A stretch of DNA of 64,000 nucleotides from Blastocladiella emersonii ATCC 22665 (lineage: Eukaryota > Fungi > Blastocladiomycota). Positions 58,534 through 64,000 of this stretch are shown here, in pieces; position 1 is the first letter of the stretch, and each line of letters begins with the position of its first letter. Position numbers and translations under genes: made by a program. The notes under the pieces were generated by a model. It saw nothing but the letters and a program-made list of their open reading frames with translations, did no database searches and was not told the DNA's origin. Where the stretch lies: NCBI GenBank assembly GCA_025594325.1, contig JANHCV010000012.1, forward strand, positions 496,001 through 560,000. Reading direction: 5' to 3'.

Positions 58534-59160
58534 TCAAATATTTGTCGGGACCTCGCGCACCTCGACTTCCTCAAAGTTGTCGAGCAGCAGCGCGCGGTAC
58601 CCGTCGACCGACTGCGGGAACGGCGGGCCGTCCTCCTTCTCCTTGTCGACCAGCGGGTACATGAGCGTCACCAGCGTCCCGCCCAGCCGCACCACCTGCG
58701 CCACGCGCGCCGCCCACGCCCCGCGCAGCGACGGCAGCAGCGCGCACAGGAACGTGTAGTCGTACATGGCGTCGAACTGCGGCACCTTGTTGGCGGGCTG
58801 GCTCGCGTCCAGGTCGTGCTCTGTGAACGCGAAAAAGTCGGCGCACACGAACCGCGCGGTCGGCGGGATCGACCCCGCGTGCTTCTCGAGGCAGTGCGAC
58901 ACGGCTGTCGGGCTGATGTCGACGCCGTATGCGACGCGGTTGGGCGAAGCGAGCGTGAGCCCGTCGTACCCGCCGCCGCATCCAGGGACCAGCACGCGGC
59001 CCGTTTGGATCCGGCCGGCGGCGAGGAGGGAGACGAGCGCGGGCGCAGGCGTGTCGTGGTCCCACGGCGTGTTGGACGCCGCCAGGCCGCCCCCGGTATC
59101 CCCGTGGCGTCGCGTCTCCCTTCGCCACTGGAACCATTTTAGAACCGTCCGGTCACACAT
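58534..59160 (-). CDS. TPMT/methyl-halide-transferase-family methyltransferase, probably truncated at both ends
   Basis: TPWD, VLVPGCGGGYD, GVDISPTA, ADFF, FDAMYDYTFLCAL, GPPF; lacks the usual C-terminal segment. Confidence 0.75.
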   Translation of the reverse strand: MCDRTVLKWFQWRRETRRHGDTGGGLAASNTPWDHDTPAPALVSLLAAGRIQTGRVLVPGCGGGYDGLTLASPNRVAYGVDISPTAVSHCLEKHAGSIPPTARFVCADFFAFTEHDLDASQPANKVPQFDAMYDYTFLCALLPSLRGAWAARVAQVVRLGGTLVTLMYPLVDKEKEDGPPFPQSVDGYRALLLDNFEEVEVREVPTNI

Positions 59161-59275
59161 AAGGCTTAATGCGTATAATTACTCAAGCGGGGTTTGTTAA
59201 GACACAATTTATTGACCATTACAACTCGAGGGAGCGAATGGTGTAAGTAATCAGCGGGACGAGGAAATGGAACTA

Positions 59276-61051
59276 TTACGCGCTGCCGTCGAGCTTGGGG
59301 AAGTGCTGCTTCCAGCGGCGCATGAGCGCGGTCCCGTCGATTTTAGCGCGCCAGTCGGCGCCCTTGCAGGCGGCGACAAACTTGTTGATCTCGGCCTTGG
59401 TCGCTTCGGGGTCGCGCTGGGCGATCATGGCAAGCACGTCGCTGCGGTCGTTCTGGCGCGCGTACGAGATGAGCTCGCCGGCCAGCCAAGCGAGCTTTTC
59501 CTTGTTAGGCGTAATGACCCCGTCGGGCCGCACGTTAAGCAAGTGCTCGAGCATCTTCAGCGAGCTCGCGCGGTACTTGGCGAGCGGGATGCGCAGGTCG
59601 CGCTGCGTGACGCGCTCGTTCACGAGGTCCTTGATATGGCTCACCTGCACCGACATCGCGGCGTATTGGCCGCGAAGAATCTCGCCGAGGAGCGCCGTGT
59701 CGCCAGCGCGGGCCGCAGCTGAAACAAGCCGATTTTCGCCCAAGCGGCCGCGCCCGCTGAAGCGGGTGTCGCGGCTGATCAAGTAGTAAATCCCGGCGCT
59801 GCCGCACGCGCCGATCGCCCACTCCCACGTCATGGTCCACGGCGGGCGCTTGCCGCTGAACGAGCCGTCGTCATCGCTGCGGTAATCGTCGTACTCTTCC
59901 TCGCTGCGGAATCCGTCATGGTAATCGTCGTCGTCGACATCGTGGTCCGAGTAGTCGCCGTGAGGGTCGCGGCCGGGGGCCCCGCCGTACCCGACATCGT
60001 AAATGCGATAGGAGTGCGACTGTTTGAGCAGGTGCTCGACCATTCCGTGAAGCTTGAGCCGAAGCGCGACATCGATTGCGGCATTCACGTCCTCGCCGTT
60101 GATGCCTGAGCCAAGCGCTTGAGTGACGGCAGCGGGCTGGTTGAGGACCGCGGCGAGGATAAGCTTGGTGGAAGAAACCATGTAGCTGCGACGGAGCTTC
60201 GGCTCAATCTTGGCGAGAATCTGGCTGAGCGGCGCAAACGACGCCGCGTGCCACCACTCGCACCGCATCATTTTGACGAGCAGCTCGACCGTAGCCTCGC
60301 ACTCGGGGGTGATCCGCCACGGCGCACCGGGGCCCGTCGGGACCTCGACAGTCGCGACTGCCTCGATGAGAGCCCAAAGCAGGAGATACTTGAAGTGGAT
60401 CCGGGGGCTGGGTGATAGCGGGACCGCCCACGTCGCGTTCGAGCCGATGAATCGAGAAAGCAGCGCGGCGTCGTGATGGTGCGCGGCAACAATCATGGCC
60501 TTGCTCAACTACTGCGGTGTCAAGTTGTCGCGCAGCCAGGTCAGCTTGGTCACGGCGTGCTGGCATGCGAGGCTGTTGACGAGGAGATCGTGCAAGTCGA
60601 GCCGGTTGCACTTGAGGTAAGCCTGCAGGACGCGCTCGCGGGCGGGGCTCGGCAGCCAGTACGGGTCCTCGAGCGGCCAAAACTCGAGTCGGTGCTGATC
60701 GAAGCCCGGGTGCGCGAGAAGCAGCTCGGCCTTTTCGGCATGGTCCAGCGCCTCGTCGGGGTTCGACTTGTCGTAGTCGTCGCGAAGGGCGAGGTGCAGG
60801 AGGTCATTGCCCTCGTAGTATCCGAAAGCGAAGCGCGGCGACGAAAGGATGGCACGGACCAGGTCGGCGGTGCCGTTCTCGAGCGCATAAGCAAAGTGCT
60901 CGCCGGTGAGACGAAGGCCGTTTTTGGTGTCGGCGATAAGCGACTTGGCGAGCTCAAGGTCTTTGGCCCCAAGCGCCGCGGCGAACCGGCCCTCGACCGT
61001 CCCAGGGGCGCCAACCGAAAGGGGCGCGTCTCCAACTCGATAATGCGACAT
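59276..61051 (-). pseudogene. Ankyrin-like repeat protein interrupted by one in-frame TAG
   Basis: ORFs 60509..61051 and 59276..60508 abut in the same frame (CAG TAG TTG); ANK-like LLHLAL/VSAAARAGD segments; no convincing intron. Confidence 0.55.
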
Positions 61052-61512
61052 GCTCTCTATTCCATTCGTTGCGTAGTTGCGTGAAGTGTCACGTCCCTAG
61101 AGAAGGGTTCCGCTCCAAGCGAGCCGAGGGCGCCGTCGGGTGGGCGACAGGCGGACCAACGTGGGTCGCGAGCATCAGCTGACTCCACGCCGCTTTGAAC
61201 AGCGCGTTAGCCGGGGCACGCCGCGACCTGCTCTCGCAGAGCGCAGGACAGCGTAAGGCTACTGGTGCTAAACTATCAATACGCGTCTCAAGGCTCTCGA
61301 GCGGCTTTGCAGCGATGCAGACCCCTTGGCGCGCTCAGCAGGCGGGATACTCGCACAAGTGGTCCGGGAGCGCAGAAGGCGCTCGCGCGATTGTTTTCAG
61401 CTCACGAGTGGCATTACCGCTTACTAATTAGTCTATAGGCAAACTCTGAGTGTAAAGGCATCAAAGGCAAAGAATCTATTCAAGCACAAACGGATCCCGA
61501 GACAACGCGTCC

Positions 61513-62954
61513 TTACTCGTCGTCATAGTCCGAGTCTGAGTATGGATCCAAGTAACGATCTTCGTAATGACCATAGGCACGATGATCAGAGTCGTAGCCA
61601 TAAACGTGGCTTCCCGAGGAGATACCGTAGCCGTAATGACCAGAGTAGGCGCCAGTAGCGAACTCCTCCTCCTCAAACTCTTCCTCGAAATCGTGCCCGA
61701 ACTCGACCCCGGCAGGAACAAGCGAGCAGCATTTCTTTGCGAACGACCGCAGCTCGGCGTCACCAAACATGGCGTAGAGATCGAGCCCCTTGAAGTTGGG
61801 CGGAAGGTTGTTGAAAATGACGTCGATCGATGCCCACGAAGCGCGATTCTCGCTCAAGACGAGGTACTCGAGCTGCGGAGGGATGTGGGCCATGAGAGCG
61901 GCGATCCCCTCGTCGTCCATACCATTGCCATTGAGGTCAAGCGACTTGAGGGCGGCGGGAAGGCGCTTGGCGAGCTCGGCGGTGCCCGAGTTTCCAAGAC
62001 AGTTGTTGCCAACGGAAAGCGTAATGAGACCCACTGGAAACTGGAGTGCAAGCTGTACAATCGTGTCCGGGTGGAGGCAGCAGTTGTCAAGCTTTAGGTT
62101 ACGCAAGCTCGAGGGGAAACACATGCGCTGGCCGAAGAACGAGCTGCTCAGGAACGCGTTGACCCAGCTGGGAGCGATCGAACCGTGCCCGACCCAGTTG
62201 TGCGACAGGTCAAGTTCTGTAATGGTCGGTGGAAGCTGGAGGGCGCTAAGCACAGGGAACGTGATGTCGCAGTACAACAGACGAAGCGTGGTGACCGAAC
62301 CGTTCTTGGTGATGGCATCGGCGAGAGCAGCGGCGCCCGTTTGGGTCACGCGAATTCGGTTGATTTCCACGCTCGAATCACGACTGCGAGCGATCTGCTC
62401 AGCTCGCTTGCGAACAAGTTTGTCACCGATCGAGGCACTATCGAGGCGCATGAGTTGCTATCGGAATGATTCAAGCACACAGTCAGACCGGAAAGCCATA
62501 TCACGTTGAGCGCACTCAGTAGTACCATCTTGCCGGCAGGCATCCCCGCCGGCCGCTCGACTTGGCCGTGAAAGTGGACGATTGCCTTGGGCGAGCTGTG
62601 GCTGAAACCCACACTCGGAAGAGGAAGGCCCGAGCGGTCCCACCACTCGAAAGTATCATAATGTTCGGCATATTCGAGCGCAGACCCCGAATACTTTAGC
62701 GGCAAACGCGAACGGAGCCACTCGTCGAGGACATTGAACCGTCCCTCGCTGCTGGCGCGATCCACGGAGAATTGCCAAGCATGACGCAAGACTGCGTGGT
62801 GAACACGCGGCGCGACCGTCCGCGGCATGACGCGGAGGTACTGAAGCAACTCGGCGTGCTCCCAGCTGGTGTGGTGCAGCACAACCGCCTTGCAGAGAAT
62901 GTCGTCGATAATCGAATAAGGTAAGGCAGGCAGCGATGATTCCATTTGCTTCAT
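61513..62954 (-). CDS. F-box-like/ANK-like/LRR copy 6, intact, with Tyr/Gly/Asp-rich tail
   Basis: LPALPYSIIDDIL leader; phase-0 intron 62458..62525; tail ..YSDSDYDDE. Confidence 0.82.
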
Positions 62955-63524
62955 TGTTTGCGCCAAGTGGTAGGCAGCGGAGGAGCCGAGCCGTTGTTGA
63001 CGGGGGGAGGAGCGGAGGCGAGAGGCGCTGGCATCCAGGGAAGGCTGGGGCAAGGCGGAACGAAATTTGTTTCACCTCACATCACGTGATTGTTCGGCGC
63101 GTCTCGCATGCCAAGCGAGCGGCGAGCCGAGCGGCGTCTCCGTTTCTCGCCGTTGCGCAGGTGACACGCCCGTTAGCTAACAAATGCGCTTTAGCGATGG
63201 CCGATCTCTTATAGTTAAAAGCGCTCCAAACCTCCCGCGTTGATAAAAAATGCATTCTCTGGCGTTTTGCGAGAGCGAGCTGAAGGCGACCGCCAGTTGG
63301 GAGAGGGCGACCGTCGGGTGAGCGACTGGCGGTCGAATCATCGTGGTTCGTGAGCATCAGAATCGGCGATGAGCTGACCCCGCGCCAGGATGAGCGGCGC
63401 GTTGATTGCAAACGACCTAATTGCGAGACCCCTTTTCGCAGTTCCAGTTCAGAGCTGCTGTGTAACGCCGCTTGCAGCAAGACTGCGGATCCCAGTTCAG
63501 GGGGAACGAACTGTGTGGATGTAT

Positions 63525-64000
63525 TCAAAACAAAACGCGACGGGTACAAGAAGTTAACCCATACTCGTACTCATCGCCGTCGTAATCAGAGTCGGAGTAC
63601 TGATGGTCATCATTGCGATGGCCATGTTGACCCGAGGTTGCAGCCCTGGCGAGGCTTTCGGTTTTGAACTCATCTTCGAAGTCGTGGCCAAGCACGAAGC
63701 TCGGTGGAAGGAGCGAGCAGCACTTCTTTGCAAACCACCGCTGCTCGCCGTCACCGAACATTGCGTACAAGTCGATTCCCTTGAGGTTGGGCGGCAGGTT
63801 GCTGAACATGACGTCGATCGACGCCCGTGTGATGTAATTCTCGCTCAGGTCAATGTATTTGAGCTGCGGGGGAAGGTGTGCCATGACTGCGGTGATGCCC
63901 TCGTCGCCTAAACCGACACCCCTGAGATCAATATCCTCCAGGGCGGCGGGAAGGCGCTCCATGAGCTCTGCGGTTTTAGAGTCGTCGAGATCATTCCCGC
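63525..64000 (-). CDS. LRR copy 7 C-terminal part, close paralog of copy 6, runs off the right edge
   Basis: RLPAAL..GDEGI..LPPQL..SENY..LPPNLKGIDLYAMFGD..AKKCCSL aligns with copy 6. Confidence 0.8.
   Translation of the reverse strand, partial: GNDLDDSKTAELMERLPAALEDIDLRGVGLGDEGITAVMAHLPPQLKYIDLSENYITRASIDVMFSNLPPNLKGIDLYAMFGDGEQRWFAKKCCSLLPPSFVLGHDFEDEFKTESLARAATSGQHGHRNDDHQYSDSDYDGDEYEYGLTSCTRRVLF

Noticed and set aside
1-64000. Prokaryotic origin (NuoF-, Ddl-, L36- and TPMT-like genes); CRISPR, rRNA or tRNA
   Set aside because: Spliceosomal introns, targeting peptides and eukaryote-specific genes throughout; no spaced repeat array or structural RNA signature seen.

Overview
Eukaryotic genomic DNA, probably from an early-diverging zoosporic fungus (Blastocladiomycota/chytrid-like; taxon is inference). 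Evidence: many 51-87 nt GT-AG introns with GTACG-type donors and CTRAC-like branch points, CBM18/CE4 chitin genes and a class C GPCR. The window is a mosaic. Very GC-rich stretches (about 19.4-26.9 kb and 32-47 kb) hold conserved genes (NDUFV1, ELP2, AIM25, class C GPCR, TMEM164, EPL1, SSF1, MRPL36, an ATP-grasp ligase, METTL16). Less GC-rich accessory stretches (about 0-19, 27-32 and 47-64 kb) hold a frameshifted P-element/THAP9-like transposase, five DUF4470-family copies (two intact, three disabled, no MYND finger, histone H3-like KxPATGG leader), seven F-box-like/ankyrin-like/RI-type LRR copies (four intact, two disabled, one cut by the window edge), a degenerate TRAFAC GTPase, two ankyrin-like genes and a TPMT-like fragment. 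A shared ~15-bp motif (sense GACGCGTTGCGCCAC, often next to an E-box) lies ~80-115 nt upstream of many of these unrelated accessory genes. Best candidate for an undescribed system: a co-regulated, fast-turnover F-box-ANK-LRR / GTPase / DUF4470 defence-like island. No rRNA, tRNA or CRISPR was seen. All family assignments come from manual motif recognition, not database searches.
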